Below are positions 12,283 through 24,437 of a stretch of DNA of 49,532 nt, one piece after another. The position numbers and the translations under genes were made by a program. The notes beneath the pieces are model-generated. The model had not been told where the DNA came from and ran no database searches. It saw only the letters and a program-made list of their open reading frames with translations. The stretch covers positions 1 to 49,532 of the forward strand of contig KE560735.1 of assembly GCA_000442015.1 (NCBI GenBank), given 5' to 3'. Within the stretch, counting starts at the first letter, position 1, and each line of letters opens with the position of its first letter. This stretch comes from Rozella allomycis CSF55 (Eukaryota).

Positions 12283-12707
12283 ATAATATTAATGAATTTT
12301 ATGAATTTATTTTGCGTCGTGTCGAACCTTTTTGAATAAAATTATCTCTCTTGGAACTCCTGCCTCAAATATTCTGGCATCCAAAATTTCAATTTTATAT
12401 CCATTCATTAAATATATTTTATGAAAATGCTGGTAGATCCACCTAGCCCAAGGTCACGATTAAAATCCCATTTTCGTAAGTGCATGATGAAAAAGACGCA
12501 ATAATGAATCATACTAAGTCATATATTTTTTCCTAGTGGTTTTAATTCAAATGATTCTGGAGAACGCGGTGTCTAGAATTTAATCGTTCCCATTCTCAAA
12601 TCCACTGAATGTTGTAGTGAAGAAGTTATTGGAATCATATTTGACCAATCAAGAAGCGTTTAGGGTCTGTAAGCAACGGATAAACAGAATTGGAAAGGTT
12701 CACCATA
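11992..12707 (+). repeat. Left copy of a segmental direct duplication (collapsed); right copy is 15997-18656
   Basis: 11992-~12530 matches 15997-~16465, 12536-12584 matches 18241-18289, and 12585-12707 matches 18523-18656, in the same order and orientation. Confidence 0.92.
12307..12707 (-). pseudogene. Deleted remnants of the HPM1 3' end and the bHLH gene 5' part
   Basis: Homologous to 16209-16465 and to two pieces of 18241-18656, with indels and large deletions. The bHLH ATG ATG is changed to ATG GTG. Confidence 0.85.
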
Positions 12708-12789
12708 AACTACAAGAGTTGTATTGCCCGCACCAGGCTGTGCTTTTAAACCGATAAAATGTAAACAGAAATGGATCATTTATTCAACT

Positions 12790-14732
12790 TTATTTTAACA
12801 CTTTTCGGCAATTCTGGTACGATCTGATGGAACCCAAAACTTTCCAAAGTTTGTGATAAACATTCTTCAGGTAGACAACTGCAACATTTTCTTCATCATG
12901 AGTGAAATCATCGCTTGCTACAAACAAACCTTCAATCGATAAGTGATTTTCATCCGCAATGGGTTTCCAGGTTTCGAAAAATCTAGTCCATGAATTGTAA
13001 GTGCTGGCGATAGTCACCTGGATTCCAACAATTGCCGTCTCAGTCACTAAAACCATATCAACGCCAGCATAATTGTAAATATGTGGGTCATACAATCTCC
13101 AATGATCTTGTGTAGAAGGAATGAATGTACCCTTCTCCCTCCCAGGCATGAAAAACTTTCTCTCTATCACGATGTAATTCTTTTTAATATACTTTGATAT
13201 TCCATCTCTGCAGACTACTGCTTTAATAACGTCACCTACCAAAAAGCAAAAACTAGATCCATTGAGAGTGTAGCCTTTCAAGAGATGCGGCCAATTTGTT
13301 ATGATCTGATTATCAGCTGCCTTCATTTTCCAAACAGAATATAGCAGGGTGGTTGATATTTCACCTGTTGCCAACAATTGGCCATGATTCACATAAAAGA
13401 AGCGACGGTCAATATGGTCTTTCTCAATAACCATTGACTTTGAAAGTAGGGCATAATAAACCTTCCAAACAATCGCAGCGTCAAAAGGCTTGTAAAATTG
13501 AACCAGGCAGTCTTTGAATTTCTTAATTCTGATGTCTGCCATCACAGCTTCCACAAGTGAATCCCACGTAATGTTCTCGTGATAAAGCGATTCGAAGATG
13601 GAAAGATATAATGGGACCCGGCCAGTCAAGCGCACTAGTTCATCTTTGTTTACTTCAAATAGTTTCCGATTCAAGGTTTCTGTTTGATTCTTTATCCATT
13701 CACTAAATTCCTCTTCGTCAAATCCGCCATAAAAGAAAATGTTGGTCTCGCTTTGTTCCTTGTTCTTCATCAAATTCCACACAGTTGAGTTCATTGACAT
13801 TCCCTTGACAATACATTTCATAGGCCCAAACAGCTCAAAAAATCGGTGCCTAATAGACTCGTACTCTTTCGCATCAATTGAGTTCCATTGGTCAGCAATC
13901 ACAATCCATTTGTACTTGTTAGTCGCAATTATCGCACAAACTTGATCATAATTGGAGACACTTGGGAACAGCATTTTAAATGCCAAAAAAATTGTTTTCT
14001 TATAGTCAGTCAATAACTGGCTGCAACTAGGGATGTAAATAACAGGATACTTTTCTTTTGTCAATTGAGCTGCCAAGGCTGCTAACATATACGATTTTCC
14101 AAAGCCAACAGTTCCAATAACATTCACACATGAACTTGACGGGCCATTGCGCGTCTCTTTAATTGTTTTCCAAAGAGATTGAAGGCAATTTCTTCCCTGG
14201 TATGTAAAACATCTATCTTTGTCCAAGGAAAAGAGATCGGTTTCTTGTATTATTGACGCAAAAGGGACAGACATAATATGTTTCAGAGCCAATAAATTTT
14301 CCTTTACATTGCGAATGCCAGAGAGTAACTTGGCACTACTGAAATCGTTAGATATCTCCGCGGTTCCCAAAGTCCCTTCTAACTTTACATTATTCGCATA
14401 GTTTTACCAGAAGGAGCATCGTTACTTTTTTTTTCTATAAAATCATCGAAAGCAAGCTTCATCTTTTTTGGTGCGAAATCTTCTGTATGTAAGGATTTCA
14501 CACTTTCAGCCCCTAAATATTATCAACCAGTAACTGGATCCTTACTTTTTCGGTGTATATAGTTGTAGATAGCACGTCCCTCTGATCCAAACTCGGCGAC
14601 CCAATCCTCTTTGGTAAAGTCCTTTAAAACTTCAAAGGAAAATTTTTGGAAAAAGGACTTAATTGATTTCACTTGTGATTCATTGCTTAGGTTGACCTCT
14701 ATCCACTGAATGAGTTGTTCTTTGTTTTCCAT
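12790..14732 (-). CDS. Crinkler (CRN/CR)-type effector: helical header + P-loop NTPase + REase-fold nuclease (~626 aa)
   Basis: Walker A GTVGFGKS, Walker B WIVIADQWN, TGRVPLYL, and nuclease-like YAGVDMVLV...GIQVTIA. The header exon (...EGRAIYNYIH) joins in frame through introns 14513-14545 (33 nt) and 14379-14407 (29 nt). Confidence 0.8.
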
Positions 14733-14889
14733 GTTGTGACAGGGGTATTGAAAAGCTTTGATTGGGGTATCGACAATTTTTTTAAATAATTCAACTTGTC
14801 TAATGTCTTATTGATCAATGAAAATGTTCTGAACAAATCAAGGCGCCGACCTGATTTTCCAATTTGTTTCGTTTGAAGCATTAATTTAA

Positions 14890-15165
14890 CTAGCGGTTGT
14901 ACTCGCTTCGCAGTTCGCTCGCATTAAAAAATTGATTTTAAATATTTTCGCTATTTTTCACAAAGCATCGTATGATTTTGCAATTTGATAAATTAATAAG
15001 CATCTACACTCCATATTTGCGCTTTACAAAAATCACTTTTTTCTAGAGGTTTTCATCGCTTCGCTCACATTAATAGATTCACATAAGTTAGCACATATGG
15101 GCTATGGCCACGGGTTCCAACCACATTGTCCATAGTTAAGTTTGTACTCGCTTCACTAGCATTCG
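14890..15165 (-). mobile_element. Stacked Helitron-like 3' termini (GCGAAGC hairpin + CTAG)
   Basis: Minus strand reads tgcgagcgaactgcgaagcgagtacaaccgCTAG|T ending at 14890, tgtgagcgaagcgatgaaaacctCTAG ending at 15043, and a degenerate tgctagtgaagcgagtacaaac near 15140-15162. No RepHel ORF is present. Confidence 0.5.
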
Positions 15166-15593
15166 TTTCTACAGTGCCTTCTAACTTCGCATTAGTCTCT
15201 TATTTTACCTGTCGGAGAATTGTTAGCACTGTGGACCAATAACCATAAGGTTGCTTATCCCATTGACATTCGTTCAAAGCAAACAATGACTCATAAGGAG
15301 AGTTTATGGTGAAAGTCTTGATACATTCCTTCAGTGTTTTATTCGAACAGTTGCCTTAAACCCAATCCAAGAGCTGTTGTTTGCTCGATATTTTTTGACA
15401 GGTATTGTCTTTTTTCAAATGAAGAAATATTTCGATTGTTGTAATGTTGTTGAACACTATATTTTTTAATAAGTTAAAAAAAATATTTAATGAGTAAATT
15501 TTTCTTCAAAACTTCAAGAGCGTAAGAATGAGCCATGAGAATGTCTATTTCTTCCTTCAAAGGCTTCCCTAGGTTTAACGTTTCAAAGAACAT
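15075..15593 (-). pseudogene. Degenerate reading frame carrying a paralogous copy of CRN intron 2 and its flanks
   Basis: MFFETLNLGKPLKEEIDILMAH... is interrupted by stops. Near 15170-15225, AACAATTCTCCGACAG|gtaaaataagagactaatgcgaagttag|AAGGCACT aligns with CRN AACGATGCTCCTTCTG|gtaaaactatgcgaataatgtaaagttag|AAGGGACT. Confidence 0.45.
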
Positions 15594-15996
15594 GATGTAT
15601 ATTGTATACTGATAAACTGGATTCTTTTAAATGAATATTAAACTTTTCATTTATGCAACCTATAAATTGTAGCACTGACTACAGGAAAAAAATTGTGAAA
15701 ATTAGTGCATGGTACATTTAATGAACAGCTTGCACAGTTTTTTGATATATTTTGATCAAAAACTATATAGAAATTAGAAATAACATGAAATTTCAATGTC
15801 TAATAAGCCTCTAAAGTCTAAATGTACTAATTTTACATTAGGATATTATCTTGTTCATCAACTGAAATTCACATTGGTGTTTTAAACACCCAATATTTTG
15901 GTATAGACGTCCATTTTTGGTTCATTGAGATTCTGAGAAAAGAAAAATTCTGTTCGGCCTGGCACAGTGGGCCGCGGCACTCCAATTTAGACCCAG

Positions 15997-16184
15997 GGTG
16001 TTGCCAAAAAAAACCTAATGGAAACGTTTGTTTCTGTAAGTAGGGGCCGGGGACGATTTGAAAAGTTCACAGAAAACACGGTTTACGACTTACGTACAAT
16101 CCTCTTTGTATTCATTAGATACGAGAGTCTATCTGGCTGGCCGATCTATATTCCCGTAGCATGGCAAGAGAAATAGAAGCTTAA
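15997..16184 (+). pseudogene. Degenerate 3' half of endonuclease V (right copy of the duplication)
   Basis: ggtgttgccaaaaaaaacctaatggaaac...gacgatttgaaaagttcacag...gcaagagaaatagaagcttaa matches 11992-12282 with frameshifts and deletions. Confidence 0.9.
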
Positions 16185-16208
16185 ATAATATTAATGAATT
16201 TTATGAAT

Positions 16209-17079
16209 TTATTTTGCGTCGTGTCGAACCTTTTTGAATAAAATTATCTCTCTTGGAACTCCTGCCTCAAATATTCTGGCATCCAAAATTTCAAATTTAT
16301 ATCCATTCATTATTTTTGAAACATAGTTTTTAAAGATGTTGGTAGAACCACCTAGCCCAAAGTAATATCTTTTTGCGGCCACGATTAAAATCCCGTTTTC
16401 GGCGAGTGCGTGATGAAAAAGACGCAATAAAGAATCGTACTTGTTTAAATCATATATTGTTTCAGAAGTTATCAACAAGTCATAATGTTCCTTGATTTCT
16501 TCATTATGAGACAAATCATCCCAGTCTCCAGGTATAAATCTATTATTGTTGATTTTCTCATAATCATCGAGATTTATACGAAATTCTAAACTTTGAGTAT
16601 CAATTATATTGTTGTTTAGCAGAATATTAGGTATCGTCACTGATTTTAGGACTTGTTCATTCTATTTTAAGACACTCAAGGTATTACAAAATCTTGAAAA
16701 TCTACAGTACAGTTTCGATATTTTGATAGATAAATTCCTGGAAGCCCTGCGCCGCATCCAATTTCAATACACGTTTTGCCTTCACAGGTCGCTATATCCA
16801 AATCCGCTAAATATTGAACCAAGTCTAAGGATGCTTCCCATACCTTCAGACCTCCTTCGTAAACTCCTGGAATTAAATCTTTTTTGTCGCAGATGCTTTG
16901 GACTACACCTTTATCGGCGAAATTTTCCTCGTTCTTTGCTATATCTACTTCAACATCGGACAGTGTGCGCTTCCATAATAATATTTCTTCGCCAAAAGTA
17001 ATATTTTCAATTTCAACGTGTAATGGCGCCTGTTATCAACGGCTTTATGTATTACTTTCTCGACTTTTATGAAAGGCAT
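16209..17079 (-). CDS. HPM1: Histidine protein methyltransferase HPM1/METTL18
   Basis: DLIPGVYEGGLKVWEASLDL, IEIGCGAGLPGI, FQDF|NEQVL..VTIPN, DLLITSETIY and AAKRYYFGLGG, with two short introns. Confidence 0.92.
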
Positions 17080-17199
17080 ACCAGCCACAAATTTTTGTTG
17101 TAGGTCGCCAGGGGATGAGTCATGCATAAATGTTAGATATAAAAATAGATAGTCATGCGTTGTGTATTTTACTTGGTATACTTTCTTTGGTTTTTGAAG

Positions 17200-17394
17200 A
17201 TGGTGTCCAATATTCAAACAGAGAATAAAAGAAAACAAGAAATGGATAAGTATATCAGATATTTAAATAAAGCATCTAATGTCAACATTAATGATTCTTC
17301 GGGGATAAAAGGAATACGAGCAAGTGAAACGGTCAAATCTATCAGTCTATTCTCGTTAGGTGTAGTACCAATTCTAGTGGCAATATTACTATAA
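17200..17394 (+). CDS. Possible small tail-anchored membrane protein (64 aa)
   Basis: ATG-initiated ORF filling the gap between HPM1 and the bHLH gene, with a hydrophobic C-terminus and a downstream AATAAA. No family recognised. Confidence 0.3.
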   Translation: MVSNIQTENKRKQEMDKYIRYLNKASNVNINDSSGIKGIRASETVKSISLFSLGVVPILVAILL

Positions 17395-17430
17395 AACTTT
17401 CAAAAAATAAATAGTGCATTTATGAGGTTA

Positions 17431-18655
17431 TTAATTAGAGTTATTGTTGTTGTTTGATGTAGAGTTTGTGTTTGCATTAGTCATTTCATGAGCAACTAGT
17501 TTTTCTTTAAGTTGTTCATTTTCTATCTGTAGTTCAATTATATATTCATAAGCTAGTTTTAAGTTGAATATTAGCACATACCCTTTTGGAGAATTTCCAT
17601 GCGGCTAGGCTGTTTATCTTTATCCATTGGAAGCATTTTACGCAATTCTTGAAAGCATTGTTTGATGCAATCCCTTCTTTTTTGTTCTGCTGCCTTGTGA
17701 TGTGACCGACGTTGTTCTACTCCAACGCACATGACTTCAGTATTATAATCATAGTAGTAGTTCCCAAAATTTGCTTGTTGTCTAACCATTTCGTTGATAT
17801 CTTCTTGTAACACCATATTTTGATCTTTTAAAATAAAATATAGTCCCTACTTGGATGAATGGAAGGTGAAGGAAAAATTGTTGGCTGCATCGCCGGTGAA
17901 TATGTGTTTCCATACATAGGCATTTGCATTTGAGCTTGATGAAAAACCATTGTTTCTGGAGTTGGAGTCAAGACAGGTGATTGCAAGGACATTGCCATCA
18001 TAGCCTTATCGCCAAAGTTAGGCGATGCATAGGATTTATCATGGAAATTGTTTGTGGTGGGGGTGATGGGACTTTTCTGTGCTCCAACTTTCGCCATATT
18101 AAGCATCATAGCAGGCGTCACTGGTCTCATTGACGGGTTCGATGCACTGTTGCGTCTTTCAGACAACGGTTTTTTCGTATAAGGCTTTCCAACTGAAGTC
18201 GCTGTAGTAATTGATAGACCAGATGGTGTTTCCATTTTCTGTGGTTTTAACTGAAACGATTCTGGAGAAAGAGGTGTCTTGAATTTAATTTCATGGTTAG
18301 ACAAGGAACGTCGTATTTTTTGTACATCATCAGGTGTTTCATTTATCCATTTTAAATCAAATGATGATGAAGTGAGCTGCTGATGTGGAATTGACTGATG
18401 TACTTGTGGAGGCTTCTTGTTTGCTTGTAAAACTGGTGACCCTATAGAAATAAATGAGTTTAAAGCCGTGGGAGCTATTGTTGTATCCAAGCTAGGTGAG
18501 ATTGTAGGCGTAAATAGAGGGTCGTTCTCCATTCTCATATCCACCATTGAGTTTGAATGTTGTAGTGAGGAAGTCATTGGAATCATGTTTGACCAATCAA
18601 GAGGCGTCATAGGGTCTGTAAGCAACGGATCAACAGAATTGGAAAGGTTCATCAT
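17431..18655 (-). CDS. bHLH(-ZIP) transcription factor, Pho4-like
   Basis: Basic region EQRRSHHKAAEQKRRDCIKQCFQELRKMLP...SRMEILQK|AYEYIIELQ with the E-box-binding H-E-R pattern. Long S/T-P-rich N-terminus. Two introns, including 17553-17581. Confidence 0.85.
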
Positions 18656-18965
18656 AGCTAAAAATTACTTTTGCGTCAAAAATTAACAGGGGTCAAATCG
18701 CTACGCCACTTTTTCTTGAGATGAAAGTCATTTAACAATTTGTAAATATCAATTTAAGTTCCATATTGATATTAATTTTTCAGTCACTTCTTTTTTTCCT
18801 TTTCGAATATTTGAACTTTGACAGACAGACATAAGAAATTAAGAATGTCGAGAATTTCATTCCTTTAAGAAACTAACTCATAACTGTGATTCCAATTTTC
18901 AAAGACCTCCACTGCTAAGTAACCAAAAATCACCCTTGCGTTTTCCAGTCGCCAAACCATACCAC

Positions 18966-18971
18966 CACGTG
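18966..18971. promoter_or_regulatory. E-box CACGTG (GCACGTGG on the minus strand) in the divergent bHLH/cyclin promoter
   Basis: Exact palindrome in the ~700 bp intergenic region. Function is not demonstrated. Confidence 0.3.
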
Positions 18972-19354
18972 CCTCGTCTGAATTTCGCCTTCAAAATCGA
19001 AACAATTATGCTATCATTGACATTAGAATTCTTTTGTAAAATAAATTTAAAATTTTTCAGCGAATCAGCTTTAGCCTTTATGTGACTATGTCTATAGCCA
19101 TTTCAAAAGTTTACATCTTTCAATTGAAATGGTTTTCAGCCTTTCCAACTTCATTGGTATTGTAATTCCAGTTTCCAAACGCAATTTATATTTGAGCTAT
19201 TCATTTGAAAAGTATCTTCTGAAAATTCCCCAGTCGCGACGATATCCGTATATGGAAAACTGGCAATTAGACTTTTGCGTTGTCAATATAATTCTGATAT
19301 TTTCCTTTCCATTTTTCGATTATCATAATTACTAGAATTACTCATTTTTGAGTT

Positions 19355-20239
19355 ATGGAAAATCACCACGACAAGGACCGAGATCTGGAAGCTATCTTTC
19401 TTAGTACACATAGATACATCCACTTACAAAATAATAATCAGATGGTTCAAATTGAACGGGAAAAAGGAACATCATACTTTCTTTACAGAAAGTGGGAAGA
19501 CCTATATTCACCGGTAGTGAGATCTAAATCGTACTTGAGCATCAGGAAACAAATAATACAGTCTGTGCTATACGTATGAATAATTTATTATAAGTATTTA
19601 GATAGTTGATGCCTTTGAATACACACATGAGATATTCTACCTAACTATGTCGCTTTGCGATAGGTACTTTGAAAAGGTGCAGTGCAAATCAACACAAAGG
19701 GCATACATTATTTCATTTGCATGCTTTTTTATTACTGGGAAACTGATGGAAGATGATGAGGAACCGCTATTTGAAGATCTGTACAGTTTCTGTAGTTCAA
19801 AGTCTATTTACTTTTCAAAGAAAGAGCTAATGGTATAATGGATTCTAAATTTTTAACTTAGAATGCTGAAAGACGAGTTTTATCTGCCCTTGATTGGGAA
19901 ATCTCGCGACCATCATTGCAGTCAATAGCTTTAGAAATAGTGGATAAAATTAGCTGTCGGGAACTAAATTCGGTTTCTAAAGTATACCTCACTAAAAAGA
20001 TTCAAAACTATATCGACATTATCTACTCAAGTAATAGAAAATTTGCGCATCATATAGAATCACCCACAATTAGATATAGTGTTGCTAATGTTGCGATTGC
20101 ATGTGTGCTGGTAAACCTTCTTGCCCTATTTGACCATACAAACTGGAAATTTGAAGTTCTCAAAATCTCTGGCATCTCTAACTTTCACATGGATGAGTGC
20201 TTAATAGAGTTTAAAAATGTTTTGTACTATTCCCAATAA
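19355..20239 (+). CDS. Cyclin (divergent, 3 exons)
   Basis: Cyclin box IRKQIIQ...EIFYLTMSLCDRYF...FACFFITGKLMED...KELM|NAERRVLSALDWEISRPS. Confidence 0.88.
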
Positions 20240-20292
20240 ATTTTGTTTTAGTTTTATATGCAGTGTGATAGATAGTTACGGGGCGCAGTCGT

Positions 20293-21740
20293 ATGGAATT
20301 ATTTTCTAAACGATCCAAATCCGAAGTTCAAGATGTGCTTAAAAAACAAAAAGTCATTTCATTAGATAAAAATTCAGATGCTATTATTCCAAAAGACGAT
20401 GCGGTAAAAATAGAGGACATAGATAATTTTGAAAAACTTGGATTAGATTCTTGGCTAGTACAAACATTACGCAACCTTTCCATTGTAAAACCTACTCCCG
20501 TCCAGGCCGCATGTATAAAACCAGCAGTACTTGGAAGAGATGTTATAGGAAGCGCTAAAACAGGGCAAGGAAAAACAGCAGCGTTTGCATTACCAATTTT
20601 ACAGGGTCTTGCAAAAGATCCATTTGGTGTTTATGCACTTGTATTGACGCCTACAAGGTATTTGGTGAATATATGTTCAATAGGGAACTGGCTTTTCAGA
20701 TCGCGGAACAGTTTGCAGCGTTTGGAGAAGGGATATCGTTACAGACATGTGTTATTGTGGGCGGTTTAGACATGATGAAGCAAACTTTAGAGCTATCAAA
20801 AAGACCTCATGTTGTTGTTGCGACACCTGGAAGACTTGCTGATATTTTAAGAAGCAGCATTGATGCAGTCAATTTCAATGCGTTACACACGTTAGTTTTA
20901 GATGAAGCTGATAGATTGTTTGAAGAAAAATTTTTGCCGGACTTGTCTCAAATTTTTGATACTCTACCAAAGAAAAGGCAAACAATGTTATTTAGTGCCA
21001 CTCTAACACCCATCGTGGAAAGCGCAATGAAACTCAGTGATAACTCATTCATATGGAAAGAAAACGAAACGTAATTTATGTTTACTTTAACAATAGATTT
21101 GACACTGTTGAGAAATTAGATCAGCGATATTTGTGCGTCCCATCTAAGGTTAAGGATGCTTATCTTGTTCATTTACTGCAAAACGATTATAAAGATAAAA
21201 GTGTTATAATTTTCACTAATAAATGCATGTAAGAGGACTTGAAGATTATGACGTAGAACATGTGAACTATTGAATGTTGCTTTGCGACAGCTGGAGATAA
21301 GAGTGACTGCAATGCACTCTAAAATGCAACAAAAAGACAGAATCGGGTCATTGGCCAAGTTTAAAGGAGGGATTGTTCCCATTTTGATTACAACTGATGT
21401 TGGATCAAGAGGATTAGATATTCCGAAAGTGCAAGTTGTTATTAATTATGACATTCCTAATGACCCTGTAGATTATATTCATAGAATAGGTAGAACAGCG
21501 CGTGCTGGAAGAGGCGGTTTGGCGATTTCATTAGTGTCAGAAATGGATATTTCTTTGCTCAAATCCATTGAACAGAAAACTAGTAATAAAAATTAAAAGA
21601 AACTATTCATAGAAAAACAATTAAATGAAGTTCAAGTTGAAGAAAGGAATGTTCTATCTCTAATTAAAAAGGTGCTTGCAGCTAGGCGGGTTGCTTCTAG
21701 TTACATTATAAATTCAAAATTTAAAAAGAAGACCAAATAA
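20293..21740 (+). CDS. DBP8: DEAD-box RNA helicase DBP8/DDX49
   Basis: [65 protein letters not shown] and [15 protein letters not shown]. Confidence 0.92.
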
Positions 21741-21864
21741 ATGCAAATAGTTTTATATCTCTTGTTTTAACAGTATTCAAGCTATAATTTCTAAGCAATA
21801 TTCACAAATCTATTTATTCCTCTATTTTATGAATATAGATTGTCAAGATTGATTCGGTAAAGGC

Positions 21865-23188
<1,324 letters not shown>

Positions 23189-23401
23189 TTAGAATTTAAT
23201 CAAATATTAAAGACTCCCAGCTCCTTATTGATACGATTAGGTGTATTTAGATTTTTCGAGTCAAATTGAGTGAAAGTTTTAATTACAATGTGATGATTGA
23301 TCATTGAATAATTAATTATGAATTTTAAAAATAAATACGTTGCATCGTTAATGTAATAATGAGTACAAAGATACAATCCTGAGGGGAAATTTTGCAAATT
23401 T

Positions 23402-24223
23402 ATGACATTTCGACCAACCGGTGCAATTGCCAAGGCTGGTCCTAATATCCCTCACATATACATTTACTCAATACCAATCCACAAAACTCACTCAGTTTAC
23501 TTCGCGGACCCAACACCAATGAAGCATTTTATTCCACAAAGCGCCTTGAAATACGGGGGATACCTAGGCCGCTTAATTGATTTTAAAAATCAAAAGATAA
23601 TGGAAATTAGTAGAATGCCTGAAGACAGTTTAATTGGCAAGATATTCAAGTGGTGCAAAGGTACTATTTTTAATACCACTGTAGACCATGATTTTGTAAT
23701 CAACACAGATTATCCCTATCCATTCAAAAACAATCTGGAATACATATATTTTTATCCATCAAATGATGACAAGGAATTGCATCGTTCTACATTTTTTGAA
23801 TACGTCAAAGAGTTGGAAGTTAGAAGCTATCGCAAGTATATTTATTCAAATTTGGCGTTACCTTTTACAGCGCTGATATTGCTGACCCCTATTCCTTCTT
23901 TCTTATTTTACTATAATATCTATTGTGCATATAGTCTATCTCGTCAATATTGGGTCTCACAAAACTTGAAGAGGATGCTTCAGGCAAATAGAGTAAAATT
24001 CAGACCAAGCTTTGTGACTTCAAAAATTACGGATTGCTACAAGACGTCTGGAAAGATTATTACCGATGAGTCAATTAAGAAGTTATCTGAAGATCTAAAA
24101 GCACCAGCGCTGGAATATCATTTAGTGAAAGCAAAATCCCTCTATTCTCACATATTAGAATTCTACAATATGAAGAAAAAGGAAGAAGGTGCTAGTAATC
24201 TGAAGGAAACAGTTAAACAATAA
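23402..24223 (+). CDS. Mitochondrial K+/H+ exchange-related protein (Mit_KHE1/YDL183C-like)
   Basis: IYSIPI..HSVYF, IYFYPS and YRKYIYSNLALPFTALILLTPIPSFLFYYNIYCAY resemble the family pattern. Confidence 0.6.
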   Translation: MTFRPTGAIAKAGPNIPHIYIYSIPIHKTHSVYFADPTPMKHFIPQSALKYGGYLGRLIDFKNQKIMEISRMPEDSLIGKIFKWCKGTIFNTTVDHDFVINTDYPYPFKNNLEYIYFYPSNDDKELHRSTFFEYVKELEVRSYRKYIYSNLALPFTALILLTPIPSFLFYYNIYCAYSLSRQYWVSQNLKRMLQANRVKFRPSFVTSKITDCYKTSGKIITDESIKKLSEDLKAPALEYHLVKAKSLYSHILEFYNMKKKEEGASNLKETVKQ

Positions 24224-24437
24224 AAGTAGCCGCCTATTTTTTGATCTCCTTTATTCATTTATAAGTTAAAGAAACTTTTTCAAATGTTCAACTAAGTATT
24301 CATTACTCATCAGTACTTTCAACCTGGAACTTATTAACTTTGGTGAAATAATCATTCATTGAAATCTTTAAATATTAGATGAGACGTTTGGCGGGGTGTT
24401 AAATTTATTAATAGCTTTCTTTGGTTGCTATGACATC

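Noticed and set aside
11692..14732. EndoV plus NTPase-nuclease as a prokaryotic defence operon or contamination
   Set aside because: The context is eukaryotic with spliceosomal introns, the genes are convergent, and the adjacency is explained by insertion.
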